Shown piece by piece: positions 18,918 to 28,535 of a DNA stretch of 54,401 nt; the stretch's first letter is position 1; each line of letters begins with the position of its first letter. The notes beneath the pieces were generated by a model. That model worked only from the letters and a program-made list of their open reading frames with translations, ran no database searches and was not told the origin of the DNA. The DNA is from Planctomycetota bacterium (GTDB lineage: Bacteria > Planctomycetota > Phycisphaerae > Phycisphaerales > UBA1924). The position numbers and the translations under genes are program-made. The stretch is from the NCBI GenBank assembly GCA_003696725.1, contig RFGI01000055.1, positions 1 through 54,401 of the forward strand. Direction: 5' to 3'.

Positions 18918-19382
18918 TCAGCCGGCGATCTTGAACAGGAACTCGACCTCGATCGGCGCGTTGAGCGGCAGGGCCACCGAGCCGACGGCGGCCCGCGCGT
19001 GCCGGCCCGACTCGCCGAAGATCTCCTGGAGGAGCTCGCTGGCGCCGTTGGCGACCTTGGGCTGATCGCCGAAGCCCGGCTCGCATGCCACGAAGCAGCC
19101 CACACGCACCACGCGCTCGACGCGGTCCAGGTCGCCCAGGGCGTCGGCGGCGACGGCCAACCCGTTGAGCACACACTGGCGGGCGCACGACGTGGCCGCT
19201 TCGATCGTGACGTCGGCGGGGACCCGGCCGGTCGCCATCAAGGCGCCGTCGCGGAAGGGCAGCTGCCCGCTCACGAACAGCAACCGGTCGGCGAGCACCG
19301 CCGGGACGTACGCGGCGACGGGCTTGGGCGCCTCGGGGAGGGACAGGCCCAGCGTGCTGAGCCGATCGAGGATCGGGGACAT
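18918..19382 (-). CDS. RidA/YjgF family reactive-intermediate deaminase
   Basis: 154 aa from ATG 19382 with a YjgF-like pattern (LFVSGQLP, AAVGSVALPLNAPIEVE). The 212-aa track ORF is an upstream extension. Confidence 0.9.
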   Translation of the reverse strand: MSPILDRLSTLGLSLPEAPKPVAAYVPAVLADRLLFVSGQLPFRDGALMATGRVPADVTIEAATSCARQCVLNGLAVAADALGDLDRVERVVRVGCFVACEPGFGDQPKVANGASELLQEIFGESGRHARAAVGSVALPLNAPIEVEFLFKIAG

Positions 19383-19877
19383 GAATAGCTCCAGCTCTAG
19401 AGGGGTGTTCGTCCTGTTCTTGGGCCCGATCTCGTGGACCCGGAACCGGCCGAGTTTGACGTGCGGAGAGAAGCCCGTAGCATACAGGCGACGCACGTGC
19501 GCGTGGCGCTCGGAGGATCCTGCGGCCGGCCCGACGCGTGGGCCAGCACACCGCACTCATAGGCGGGGTTCCCGCCGATCCTGATTCGACTGATCGGGAT
19601 CCTCACCAGCGCCGACATCCCGACGCCGCACCGGTCAGACGGCTGCGTCCTGCGGGGCCGCCTGGGCCCGTGGTCGGCACAGCCCGGCGGACGTGTGTCC
19701 AGTCCGGGCGCGATGTGGCAAGCGCGAGATCACCCCTCACGGCAGGCGCCCAAGCGCCGGCCGACCGCTGAGTGTGAATCGAGCGCGTGCATGGTGAACC
19801 GAATCCTGCCTGTCGGCGTCACGGGCGACACGCCCGCAGAGGCCGGCCGGCGCAGTCCTCTCAGGAGACTCACAGAC

Positions 19878-21017
19878 ATGAAGACGAAGCAGAAGGGCTT
19901 CACGCTCATCGAGCTGCTCGTGGTGATCTCGATCATCGCGCTGCTCATCGGCATCCTGCTGCCGGCCCTGGGCCGGGCCAAGCGGCAGGCGAACCTGATC
20001 AAGGACGGCGCCAACCAGCGCCAGATCCTGACCGGCCTGTCCTCGTTCGCGCAGGGCAACCGCGACCAATACCCGCTGCCTTCCCGGATCGACCGCAAGG
20101 GCGCCACCGAGGGCCGCAACCTCATCGAGAACCCCGACCAGGAAGACGAGCAGGTCGGGCTGAAGAACCGGACCGGGGCGTGGATCTCGATCCTCATCTG
20201 GAATCAGAACATCAACACCGACGTGGTGGTCAGCCCCGCCGAGCCCAACGCGAACATCATGGTCGACGAGGACTACCGGTTCGGCTTCAACTCCGACGAC
20301 GACGACATCGTCAACGAGCCGGCCCTGGCGCAGTGGGACCCCCGCTTCAAGGGCACCCCGCTCTCCGCCGGCGGCCAGCTGGGCAACTACGCGTCCGAAG
20401 ACGGCGAGACTGACGGCGCCATCGACCCCAACAGCGGGGGGTTCTCGCTCACCATCGAGGGCAACAACAGCTACGCCCACACCCCGCTGGCCGGACGCCG
20501 GGTGTTCAGCTGGGGCGCGTCGTACAACTCGAACACGTCGGTGATCTCCACGCGCGGCCCGGTCTACACCGATGAGCCCCCGACGGGCGTCAACCCCGGC
20601 GGCGGGAATGTCGATCAGTTCCTGGGCGGCGAGCACCCCGAGAGCGACGAGTGGGTCCTGGTCCCCGGTCCCGCCGGGTCGCAGTCCGACTCGCTCCGCT
20701 TCGGCGGTTCGTCTCGCACCTGGACCGGCAACGTCGGGTTCACCGACGGCCACGTCGACCAGGTCAACGAGCCTAATCCTGCCTCGCTGACCTACACGCC
20801 GTTCGGCGGCGCCAACGCCGGCGGCGAGACCCCGCAGCCCGTGCCCGACAACCTCTTCGTCGACGAGACCGACGAGACGACGAACCAGCAGGACGGGGAC
20901 AGGCGCAGCAACCGCTTCCTCAGGCTCTTCGCGGTCGGGATCGATAACTCGACCGTGACCTCCCAGACGTTCGCCAACACGCTCTACAGAGCCGCGTGGT
21001 ACGACGGCGAGAGCTGA
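19878..21017 (+). CDS. prepilin-type N-terminal cleavage/methylation domain protein (planctomycete DUF1559-like)
   Basis: ATG 19878 follows AGGAGA. The N-terminus is MKTKQKGFTLIELLVVISIIALLIGILLPAL. Near the C-terminus, NVGFTDGHV resembles the DUF1559 N-x-x-F-x-DG-S-V motif. Confidence 0.88.
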   Translation: MKTKQKGFTLIELLVVISIIALLIGILLPALGRAKRQANLIKDGANQRQILTGLSSFAQGNRDQYPLPSRIDRKGATEGRNLIENPDQEDEQVGLKNRTGAWISILIWNQNINTDVVVSPAEPNANIMVDEDYRFGFNSDDDDIVNEPALAQWDPRFKGTPLSAGGQLGNYASEDGETDGAIDPNSGGFSLTIEGNNSYAHTPLAGRRVFSWGASYNSNTSVISTRGPVYTDEPPTGVNPGGGNVDQFLGGEHPESDEWVLVPGPAGSQSDSLRFGGSSRTWTGNVGFTDGHVDQVNEPNPASLTYTPFGGANAGGETPQPVPDNLFVDETDETTNQQDGDRRSNRFLRLFAVGIDNSTVTSQTFANTLYRAAWYDGES

Positions 21018-21076
21018 TCCCGGAAACTGATCGCCGCGCGTCGCAGCCGCGACACGCCGCGACTCGGCACTGATAA

Positions 21077-21116
21077 CGACCCGCTCGGCGATCCGCCGGG
21101 CGGGTCGTTTTTTTGT
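21077..21116 (+). terminator. intrinsic terminator after the DUF1559-like gene
   Basis: CGACCCGC...GCGGGTCG hairpin followed by TTTTTTTGTTG. Confidence 0.7.
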
Positions 21117-21167
21117 TGCTGTGTGGGGCGGTGCGCGGGGCGCGCCAGTCTCACGCCGATGGGGCAA

Positions 21168-21238
21168 CTGGGGATCCAGGATTCGAACCTGGACTAACTG
21201 ATCCAGAGTCAGTCGTGCTACCGTTACACCAATCCCCA
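21168..21238 (-). tRNA. tRNA-Gln (anticodon CTG)
   Basis: The minus strand TGGGGATTGGTGTAACGGTAGCACGACTGACTCTGGATCAGTTAGTCCAGGTTCGAATCCTGGATCCCCA plus discriminator G folds into a full cloverleaf with a U1-A72 pair. Anticodon loop is CTCTGGA. Confidence 0.92.
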
Positions 21239-21296
21239 AGGATCGGCCCACATGGTAGCCCGGGCGCCCGAGCGAGCAAGCGCGGCGAGGGCGGCG

Positions 21297-21749
21297 CTAG
21301 CGCCGCTCGACCGCGGCGATGGCCTGCATCACGTCCTTGCAGATGGGGAAGAGCCGGTCCAGCCGGGTCAGCTTGAAGAGGTACGAGACGCTCTGCCCGG
21401 CGTTGACCAGGGCGATCCGGCCGCCGGCGCCCTGCAGCCGGGTCAGCATCTCGACCATCGCCCCGATGCACGCCGAGTCCATGTAGGTGACGTTCTGCAG
21501 GTCGAAGACGAAGTGCCGGACGTGCGCCTCGGCGAACTCGGTCAGCAGGTCGTTGATGAGCCGGCGGGCGAGGGGCCCGGTGAGCTCGCCGACCGTGACC
21601 GTCGCGATCGCCGTCTGGTTGAGGACCTCGAGCGTGGCGAGGGGCTCGGACCCGGCGGCGAGGTCCGTGACCCCGTCGGCCATCGCCCGCTTGGCGACCT
21701 GGGCGGGGTCCGGGTCCTCGGCGCGGGCCCGCCTGGAGCGGAACAGCAT
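21297..21749 (-). CDS. STAS-domain anti-sigma-factor antagonist (SpoIIAA-like)
   Basis: 150 aa from ATG 21749, with GGGAGG upstream. The STAS fold pattern includes FVFDLQNVTYMDSACIG, where the conserved DS is the phospho-Ser position. Confidence 0.85.
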   Translation of the reverse strand: MLFRSRRARAEDPDPAQVAKRAMADGVTDLAAGSEPLATLEVLNQTAIATVTVGELTGPLARRLINDLLTEFAEAHVRHFVFDLQNVTYMDSACIGAMVEMLTRLQGAGGRIALVNAGQSVSYLFKLTRLDRLFPICKDVMQAIAAVERR

Positions 21750-21838
21750 GTCGGCCTCCCGGTGTTGCCTCCGGCCCACGCGCCGTCGGGTCGTGATGCG
21801 CTCCGCCGGCCGGAGCGCCTGTCGAGGATCGCGGGTCT

Positions 21839-22033
21839 TCAACCGATCCGGCGGTCCAGGTCCTCGTCCCGCAGCCGGGCGGGCTCGTCCTGGGACCGCG
21901 GCCTCGCGGTCTCATGGCGGGCGTGCCGCTCGTGCGCCTCGGCGAGGCGCCGCTCGCGCGCGTCGTCGATGGAATCGTCGAGCTTGCGGAGGATGGATCG
22001 GATGTGGCCGAGCGACTCGCGCGAGATTCCCAT
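21839..22033 (-). CDS. 64-aa highly charged helical microprotein of unknown function
   Basis: The ATG is preceded by AAGGAGG at 8 nt. Nearly all third codon positions are G/C, as in the real genes here. The sequence is MGISRESLGHIRSILRKLDDSIDDARERRLAEAHERH... It sits directly upstream of the STAS gene. Confidence 0.55.
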   Translation of the reverse strand: MGISRESLGHIRSILRKLDDSIDDARERRLAEAHERHARHETARPRSQDEPARLRDEDLDRRIG

Positions 22034-22263
22034 GTCTGACGCCTCCTTGCGACCCTCGACTATCGGGGCGTCGGGCGGCCGACTTGGGCGGGCAAGCCCG
22101 GGGCGCCCGGCGAGCGGGCCGATCGACGCCGGTTGTGCGGGCTGGGCGACGCGAGCACCGGGTCAGAGAGCGCCCGGACGTGTTATCGCACCGCTCGGGC
22201 GGGGCGGTACGATCGATCCCGGCTTGCGCACGACCCCGCCCGGCTCCCGGAGACCCGCCGACC

Positions 22264-23427
22264 ATGCCCACCGCCGCGTCAGACCTGCTCGCTCTCGAGG
22301 GCGGGACGCCCGTATCCGCCGAGCCCGTCCCCATGGTCCGCGTCGAGATCACCGACGCGGACGTGGACGCCGCCGTCGCCGTCCTGCGATCGGGGATGCT
22401 CGCCCAAGGCGGGCGGGCCGCCGCGTTCGAGGAGCGGTTCGCGGCGATGACGGGCGCGGCCCACGCGGCCGCCTGCGCCAACGGCACGTGCGCCCTGAGT
22501 CTCGCCTACCACCCGCTCATCGAGCCGGGCGACGACGTCCTCTGCCCGGCCTGGACGTACATCGCCACCGCGTCGATGATCGTCGCCCGCGGCGCTCGCC
22601 CGGTTTTCTGCGACGCCGACCCCGAGACATACACCCTCGACCCCGCCGACGCCGAGCGGCGGATCACGCCGAACACCACCGCGATCGCGGTCACGCATCT
22701 CTACGGCGCCCCCGCGAACATCGACGCCGTCCAGGCCCTCGCCGCCAGGCGTGGGCTCCGTGTGATCTATGACGCGGCCCAGGCGCACCTGGCGACGTGG
22801 CGCGGCGAGGGGGTCGGCGCGTTCGGCGACGCCGTCACTTATTCCTTCTATCCCACCAAGAACATCACCACCGGCGAGGGCGGCATGGTCACCACCAACG
22901 ACGCGGACCTGGACCGGGCCGTCCGCCGCCTGCGCAGCCACGGCGAGACGCGGAAGTACCTCCACGAGTCGATCGGCTTCAACTACCGGATGACGGACGT
23001 CGAGGCGGCGATCGGGCTCTCGCAGCTGGACCGGCTCGGCGAAGCCACCGAGCGCCGCCGGGCCAACGCTCGGGCGCTGGACCGGGCGATCGAACCGATC
23101 CCCGGCCTCATCGCGCCGCGGGCGCCGCTGGGCGGCGAGCACGTCTACCACCTCTACGCGGTCCGGCTCGAGGCAGGGGCGTTCCGGGTCGACCGGGACC
23201 GGTTCGCCGAGGCTCTGCGGGCCGAGGGCGTGCAGTGCGCGGTCCACTACCCGCGCTCGACGCACCGGCAGCCGGCGTTCGGCGACCTGCCGCAGGCCGA
23301 CCTTCCCGTGGCGGACCGGCTGGCGCGGACGCTCTTGTGCGTGCCGGTCCACCCGGGGCTGACCGATCGGCAGGTGGCGATCGTCGGCGAGGCGCTGGCC
23401 AAGGTCGCCGCGGCGTACGCGGCGTAG
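22264..23427 (+). CDS. DegT/DnrJ/EryC1/StrS family PLP-dependent sugar aminotransferase
   Basis: 387 aa with YSFYPTKNITTGEGG (PLP-Lys region) and a family-typical N-terminus. The ATG at 22264 is chosen within the longer track ORF. Confidence 0.92.
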   Translation: MPTAASDLLALEGGTPVSAEPVPMVRVEITDADVDAAVAVLRSGMLAQGGRAAAFEERFAAMTGAAHAAACANGTCALSLAYHPLIEPGDDVLCPAWTYIATASMIVARGARPVFCDADPETYTLDPADAERRITPNTTAIAVTHLYGAPANIDAVQALAARRGLRVIYDAAQAHLATWRGEGVGAFGDAVTYSFYPTKNITTGEGGMVTTNDADLDRAVRRLRSHGETRKYLHESIGFNYRMTDVEAAIGLSQLDRLGEATERRRANARALDRAIEPIPGLIAPRAPLGGEHVYHLYAVRLEAGAFRVDRDRFAEALRAEGVQCAVHYPRSTHRQPAFGDLPQADLPVADRLARTLLCVPVHPGLTDRQVAIVGEALAKVAAAYAA

Positions 23428-23433
23428 AGGCTC

Positions 23434-24330
23434 CTACGCCCGTGTCGCGACCAGGGCCCTGGGCCGACCCTCGAAGTCACGCTCGATTCGGGGCGACGCC
23501 AGCCCCGGCGCCGAGTGGGCCAGGGCGAGGACGGCGTCGGCCTGCGAGGCGCCGAACTCCATGATGAGGAGCCCCCCGGGCGCCAGCCGCTCGCCGGCCC
23601 CCGCGATCACCCGGCGGATGACGTCAAGCCCGTCGGGCCCGCCGCGCAGCGCCAACGCGGGTTCCTGCTTCACGTGTGGGTCGAGCGTCTCGAACTCGGC
23701 GTCTGACACATACGGCGGATTGCTCAGGATCGCGGCCAATCGCTGGCCCGCGGGGTGGGTGTCGAGCCCGTTGTAGAGGTCGCCCTCGACGAGATCCAAC
23801 CGGTCCGAGACGCCGTGCCGCTGGGCGTTTTGCCGAGCGACCTCCAGCGCCCCCGGCGAGAGGTCCACGCCGATCCCCCGAGCCCCCGGCAGCCCCGACA
23901 GGGCCGAGATGATCACGCACCCCGACCCCGTGCCCAGGTCCGCGACGGCGCCGGCGGCGAGGTCCGCGCGGTCGCGGGCGGCCTGGAGCAGCAGCTCGAC
24001 GAGGAGCTCCGTCTCCGGGCGGGGGATCAGCACGCGTCGATCGACGATGTACGGCTTGGAGAAGAACCACGCCTCGCCGACCAGGCGCTGCACGGGCTCG
24101 TGCTCGAGGGCGCGGGCGACGAGCCCGCGCAGCCGCTCCCGCTCGTCGGGCGTCGCCGGGCGGTCGGGGTCGGCGTAGAGGCGCAGCCGGTCACACCCGA
24201 TGACGTGCGCGACCAGCAGCTCGGCGCAGACCCGCGGCGAGTCCACGCCGGCGCGCGTCAGCGCCGGCGCGATCCACCCCAACAGCCGGCGGGTCGTCCA
24301 TGGGGCGTCGGACTGTCGGGCGGTCGGCAC
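23434..24330 (-). CDS. prmC: peptide chain release factor N5-glutamine methyltransferase
   Basis: It has the DLGTGSGCV SAM motif and the NPPY catalytic motif (LSNPPYV). No in-frame ATG is available, so GTG 24330 gives 298 aa. The rest of the 836-aa track ORF is antisense to the neighbouring GT gene. Confidence 0.88.
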   Translation of the reverse strand: MPTARQSDAPWTTRRLLGWIAPALTRAGVDSPRVCAELLVAHVIGCDRLRLYADPDRPATPDERERLRGLVARALEHEPVQRLVGEAWFFSKPYIVDRRVLIPRPETELLVELLLQAARDRADLAAGAVADLGTGSGCVIISALSGLPGARGIGVDLSPGALEVARQNAQRHGVSDRLDLVEGDLYNGLDTHPAGQRLAAILSNPPYVSDAEFETLDPHVKQEPALALRGGPDGLDVIRRVIAGAGERLAPGGLLIMEFGASQADAVLALAHSAPGLASPRIERDFEGRPRALVATRA

Positions 24331-24450
24331 GGGCCCGATCGTACGAGCCGCGGGCGGCCCTCGCGTCCGGGCGGGTGGTGAGTATGATCGCTCAGCGTCG
24401 AGCGCGGCGCCGTCCGGGTCCGGTGGGCAAAGGCGATCGACGGGCAACCA

Positions 24451-25959
24451 TTGACGAGAGGATCGGGCCGGGTCGTGGTCGGTCGGGCAGACAGGCTGCG
24501 CGTGCTGATGCTGGGGTGGGAGTTCCCGCCGTTTATCAGCGGCGGGCTGGGCACGGCGTGCCACGGGCTGACGCGCGCGCTCGACGCGATGGGGCACGAG
24601 ATCCTGTTCGTGCTGCCCAAACCGGTCGAGGGCGACACGGCGAGCCATGTCCGCGTGCTGGCGCCGGGCGTCGCGCCGACGAGTCTCGAACGCAACGGCG
24701 CGGATCACCAAGGCGCCCCGATCGCGGACGCCGGGGCCAGCCCGGCGGCTGTCCTCGCCAGCCGTGTCGAGGGGTTCGCGCGCACCCGGTTCGTCGGCGT
24801 CCCGGCGGGGACGGGGTACATGTCGCCGTACGGCGCGGGCTCGCCCGGCGCTGCGCCGGTCGACGGGCTGACCGTTGAGGAGCGGTGGCTGCGCGAGATC
24901 GAGGCCCTGCGGCTCAGCGGCGTGGAGATCACCGCGGAGATCCTCGCCGCCGTCGGCGTGGACCCGACGCTGGCCGGCGCGTGGCTCGGGCGCCGCGAAG
25001 ACTACGGCGGGGACATGTTGGCCGACGTGCAGCGCTACGCGGCGATGGCGTTGGCGCTGTGCCGGCGTGAGCGCTTCGACGTCATCCACGCCCACGACTG
25101 GATGACCTACCCCGCCGGGATGGCCCTGGCCCGCGCCACGGGCAGGCCGCTGGTCGCCCACATCCACTCGACCGAGTTCGACCGCTCCGGCGAGCACGTC
25201 GACCAGCGGGTCTACGACATCGAGCGGCGGGGGATGCACGCCGCAGTGCGGGTGATCGCCGTGTCGCACCTGACGCGGAAGATCTGCATCCACCGCTACG
25301 GCGTGGCGCCGGACAAGATCCGCGTGGTCTACAACGGCGTCGCCTGGGAGGGGTACGAGCCGCGCCCCGAGCAGGCCATCGGCCCGAAGGACAAGATCGT
25401 GCTTTTCCTCGGGCGGATCACCATGCAGAAGGGCCCGGAGTACTTCGTCGCCGCGGCCAAGCGTGTGCTGGAGAAGGTCCCCAACGTCAAGTTCGTGGTC
25501 GCGGGGTCGGGCGACATGGCGCGGTCGATGATCGAGCAGGCCGCCGCCCTGGGCATCGGGCACCGGGTGCTGTTCGCGGGGTTCCTGCGCGGCGAGGCCG
25601 TGCGCCGGGTCTACCGGATGGCCGACTGCTACGTGATGCCCAGCGTGTCGGAGCCCTTCGGGATCGCGCCGCTCGAGGCGATCAGCAACGACGTGCCGGT
25701 GATCATCTCCAAGCAGTCGGGCGTCGCGGAGGTGCTCACGCACGCGCTCAAGGTCGACTTCTGGGACATCGACGAGATGGCCAACAAGATTATCGCGGTG
25801 CTGCGTCACCCGCCCCTGTCGCGGACGCTCCGGGAGCACGGCGCCATGGAGGTCCGCGGGCTGACGTGGGAGGGCGCCGCGGCCAAAGTCACCGAGGTCT
25901 ACCACGAGGCCGCCGCCTGCGTCGAGCGGCGGTTCTCGGCGCACGTCCTGCCCCGCTGA
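24451..25959 (+). CDS. GT-B glycosyltransferase, GT4/glycogen-synthase-like
   Basis: LRVLMLGWEFPPFISGGLG N-terminus and C-terminal EPFGIAPLEA (E-x7-E region). The start is uncertain: TTG 24451, GTG 24502 or ATG 24508. Confidence 0.85.
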   Translation: MTRGSGRVVVGRADRLRVLMLGWEFPPFISGGLGTACHGLTRALDAMGHEILFVLPKPVEGDTASHVRVLAPGVAPTSLERNGADHQGAPIADAGASPAAVLASRVEGFARTRFVGVPAGTGYMSPYGAGSPGAAPVDGLTVEERWLREIEALRLSGVEITAEILAAVGVDPTLAGAWLGRREDYGGDMLADVQRYAAMALALCRRERFDVIHAHDWMTYPAGMALARATGRPLVAHIHSTEFDRSGEHVDQRVYDIERRGMHAAVRVIAVSHLTRKICIHRYGVAPDKIRVVYNGVAWEGYEPRPEQAIGPKDKIVLFLGRITMQKGPEYFVAAAKRVLEKVPNVKFVVAGSGDMARSMIEQAAALGIGHRVLFAGFLRGEAVRRVYRMADCYVMPSVSEPFGIAPLEAISNDVPVIISKQSGVAEVLTHALKVDFWDIDEMANKIIAVLRHPPLSRTLREHGAMEVRGLTWEGAAAKVTEVYHEAAACVERRFSAHVLPR

Positions 25960-25988
25960 GCCCGCGGGCGTGTCCCTACGATCCCCCG

Positions 25989-26747
25989 ATGCCGCCCGCG
26001 ACGCACACCCGCGCTGAACCCGCCCGGCTCGAGATCGTGGACGCCGGGCGCGTCACGTACGACGAGGGGTTGGCGCTCCAGCGCGACGCCGTCGCGGGGG
26101 TCCAAGCCGCGCGCGACGCGGGCGGCGCGGTCGGGCGACTGTTTCTCCTGGAGCATGACCCGCCGGTGATCACCGTCAGCCGCCGGCCCGATGCGCGCAA
26201 GCACCTCCTGGCCTCGCCCGAGGCGCTGGCCCGCGAGGGCGTCGAGGTCCGCCGGACCGATCGCGGCGGGGACATCACCTACCACGGGCCGGGGCAGCTC
26301 GTCGCCTACCCGATCCTGGACCTGAACGTCCTGGGCCTGAACCTGCACGGCTACCTGCGGTTCCTCGAAGAGGTTGTCATCCAGACGTGCCGATCCTTCG
26401 GCGTGGCCGCCCACCGCGACGCCTGCGCCACCGGGGTGTGGGTGGGGGGTGACCAGACCCGCGCCGAGCCCGGCTGCCCGGGGCCGGCGGGCGGGGCGAA
26501 GATCTGCGCCCTCGGCGTGCGCGTCCAGCGGTGGGTCACCAGCCACGGGCTGGCCCTGAACGTGACGACCAACCTCGACCACTTCGGGCTGATCGTGCCG
26601 TGCGGCCTGGCCGGCCGGCCCGTGACCAGCCTGTCGCGCGAGCTCGGCGGCGGGTGTCCCCCGTTCCCGGAGGTGAAGGGTCGGCTCGCCGAGGCGTTCC
26701 TGGCGGCGATCGAAGAAGCGCCGGGGGCGCGCGGGTCTCGGCGCTGA
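25989..26747 (+). CDS. lipB: lipoyl(octanoyl) transferase
   Basis: RGGDITYHGPGQLVAYPILDL and KICALGVRV, which carries the catalytic Lys region. Confidence 0.92.
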   Translation: MPPATHTRAEPARLEIVDAGRVTYDEGLALQRDAVAGVQAARDAGGAVGRLFLLEHDPPVITVSRRPDARKHLLASPEALAREGVEVRRTDRGGDITYHGPGQLVAYPILDLNVLGLNLHGYLRFLEEVVIQTCRSFGVAAHRDACATGVWVGGDQTRAEPGCPGPAGGAKICALGVRVQRWVTSHGLALNVTTNLDHFGLIVPCGLAGRPVTSLSRELGGGCPPFPEVKGRLAEAFLAAIEEAPGARGSRR

Positions 26748-26777
26748 CCGACGCCGGCGCGTGGTACGGTGGCGCCG

Positions 26778-27704
26778 ATGAGCGCGCCGCGTCACGATCC
26801 GGTCCTGCTCGACGAGGCGCTGGCGCTGCTCGCGCCCGGAGCCGGCGAGACCGCCGTCGACGCCACCGTCGGTTTGGGCGGGCACGCCGAGCGGATCGCG
26901 GCCCGGATCGGCCCGACCGGCCGGATCGTCATCAACGATCTCGACCCGTCCAATCTTCGCGCCGCCGAGGCCCGGCTGCGGGCCCTGCCGGCGCCGCCGA
27001 CGATCGAGACGATCCACGGCAACCTGGCCGACCTGCCGCGGCGGTTGACCGACCGGGGGCTTGCCGCCGACCTGGTGCTCGCGGACCTGGGGTTCGCCTC
27101 TTCCCAAGTCGACGACCCGGCGCGTGGGTTCAGCTTTTCAAGGGACGGGCCCTTGGACATGCGGCTGGACCCCTCTGCGCCTGAGACGGCCGCCGACCTG
27201 GTCGCCCGTCTGCCGGAGGCGGAACTGGCCGACCTGATCCGCCGCTTCGGCGAGGAGCGGCGCGCCGGGCGGATCGCGGCGAAACTTGTCGCCGCCCGGG
27301 CCGACGCGCCGATACTGACCACCGGCCGGCTGGCGGAGCTGGTCCGGCAGGCTGTCGGCCCGCGCCGGCCGGGTGAACGGATCGACCCCGCGACCAGGAC
27401 CTTCCAGGCGTTGCGCATCGCAGTCAACGACGAGATCGGGAGCGTGGAACGGTTCGTCGGCGCCGTCGGACGCGCCGCACGATCCCCCGGCCGGTCCTGG
27501 CTGGCGCCCGGCGCCCGGGTCGCCGTGATCGCCTTCCACTCGCTGGAGGACCGCCCCGTCAAGCGCGCCTTCGCGGATCTCGCCCGGGCGGGCCTCGCCG
27601 ACGCCCTGACACGCAAACCCATACGCCCCGGCGCGGGCGAGCTGGATCGAAACCCGCGGGCCCGGTCGGCTCGGCTGCGGGCGATCCGGCTTCCATCTTC
27701 CTAG
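26778..27704 (+). CDS. rsmH: 16S rRNA (cytosine1402-N4)-methyltransferase
   Basis: HDPVLLDEAL, DATVGLGGH, DLGFASSQVD and FHSLEDR motifs. GTG 26769 is an alternative start. Confidence 0.93.
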   Translation: MSAPRHDPVLLDEALALLAPGAGETAVDATVGLGGHAERIAARIGPTGRIVINDLDPSNLRAAEARLRALPAPPTIETIHGNLADLPRRLTDRGLAADLVLADLGFASSQVDDPARGFSFSRDGPLDMRLDPSAPETAADLVARLPEAELADLIRRFGEERRAGRIAAKLVAARADAPILTTGRLAELVRQAVGPRRPGERIDPATRTFQALRIAVNDEIGSVERFVGAVGRAARSPGRSWLAPGARVAVIAFHSLEDRPVKRAFADLARAGLADALTRKPIRPGAGELDRNPRARSARLRAIRLPSS

Positions 27705-27746
27705 GCGGGCCCGCCGGCCCGGGCCCTCTGCACGGACGCAGCCCCG

Positions 27747-28535
27747 ATGACTCGAGAACAGAAGATTTCGCTGATCGTCGGCTTTGCCCTCGTCCTGCTT
27801 GTCGCCGTCGCGATCTCCGATCACCTCTCCAGCGTCCGGTCGGCGAACCTCGAGACCTCGATCGCCGACGCGGGCGACTGGGCCGGCCCGATCGCGGCGC
27901 TCCCCGAGCCGGTCGCCGCAGCGGCGCTGCCGGCTGAGCCCGAGCCCGCGCCCACTGGGAACGAGCCCGCGGGCCCGATCGAAGGGGGCGGAACACCACC
28001 GCCGGCGCCGACCATCCTCGACCGGCTGCGGGAACGGTTCACCGGGCTGACCCTTGCCGGCGAGGTGGACACGCTGCCGGCGCCCGCCGTCGCTGCGACC
28101 TCCGAGCCGAAGCGGGAGCCCGCGCCGGCGACCGTCGTCTGGCATTCGGTGCGCGAGGGCGAAAGCCTCTGGGCGATCGCGCAGGAGCACTACGGCGACG
28201 GGGCGCTCGCCGCCCGGCTCGCCGCGTTCAACGCCGACCGTGTGCCCGATCCCGACACGCTCAGGGCGGGCGTTCGGCTGCGCATCCCGCCGCGGTCGGC
28301 GCTCGAGGGCTCACCTCGGCCGCGTACGACGCCCGCGCCGCGGAGCGGGTCCGCGCCGGCCGACGCGCCGCAGCGCACGTACACCATCAAGCCCGGCGAC
28401 ACACTCGGCGAGATCGCCCAGCGGGAGCTCGGCACGGTGCGCCGCCTGGGTGAGATCCTGGCGCTCAACCCGGGCGTCCTGACGGACCCGGACGTGGCGC
28501 CGGTGGGCGTCGTGATCCGCCTGCCGGACCGTTGA
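27747..28535 (+). CDS. membrane-anchored protein with a Pro-rich linker and two LysM peptidoglycan-binding domains
   Basis: 262 aa. The N-terminal TM helix is ISLIVGFALVLLVAVAI. The two LysM repeats are HSVREGESLWAIAQEHYG...RLRIP and YTIKPGDTLGEIAQRELG...VIRLP. Confidence 0.85.
   Translation: MTREQKISLIVGFALVLLVAVAISDHLSSVRSANLETSIADAGDWAGPIAALPEPVAAAALPAEPEPAPTGNEPAGPIEGGGTPPPAPTILDRLRERFTGLTLAGEVDTLPAPAVAATSEPKREPAPATVVWHSVREGESLWAIAQEHYGDGALAARLAAFNADRVPDPDTLRAGVRLRIPPRSALEGSPRPRTTPAPRSGSAPADAPQRTYTIKPGDTLGEIAQRELGTVRRLGEILALNPGVLTDPDVAPVGVVIRLPDR

Noticed and set aside
19598-19608. The 11-mer GATCCTCACCA is shared between two long intergenic regions (also at 46889-46899), suggesting a dispersed repeat.
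   Set aside because: A single 11-nt match between two approximately 490-nt GC-biased regions is about what chance predicts. The flanks do not align.
19560-19610. A tmRNA-like 5' word (CTGATTCGAC) next to a small hairpin.
   Set aside because: There is no tRNA-like T-arm (GGTTCGANTCC), no acceptor pairing and no tag reading frame anywhere in the 495-nt intergenic region. It is only a short chance resemblance.
23434-25944. An 836-aa ORF that might be read as a giant PrmC fusion protein.
   Set aside because: Only the C-terminal approximately 298 aa look like PrmC. The upstream 540 aa are antisense to the GT4/glycogen-synthase-like gene and are compositionally non-coding. I chose an internal GTG start at 24330.
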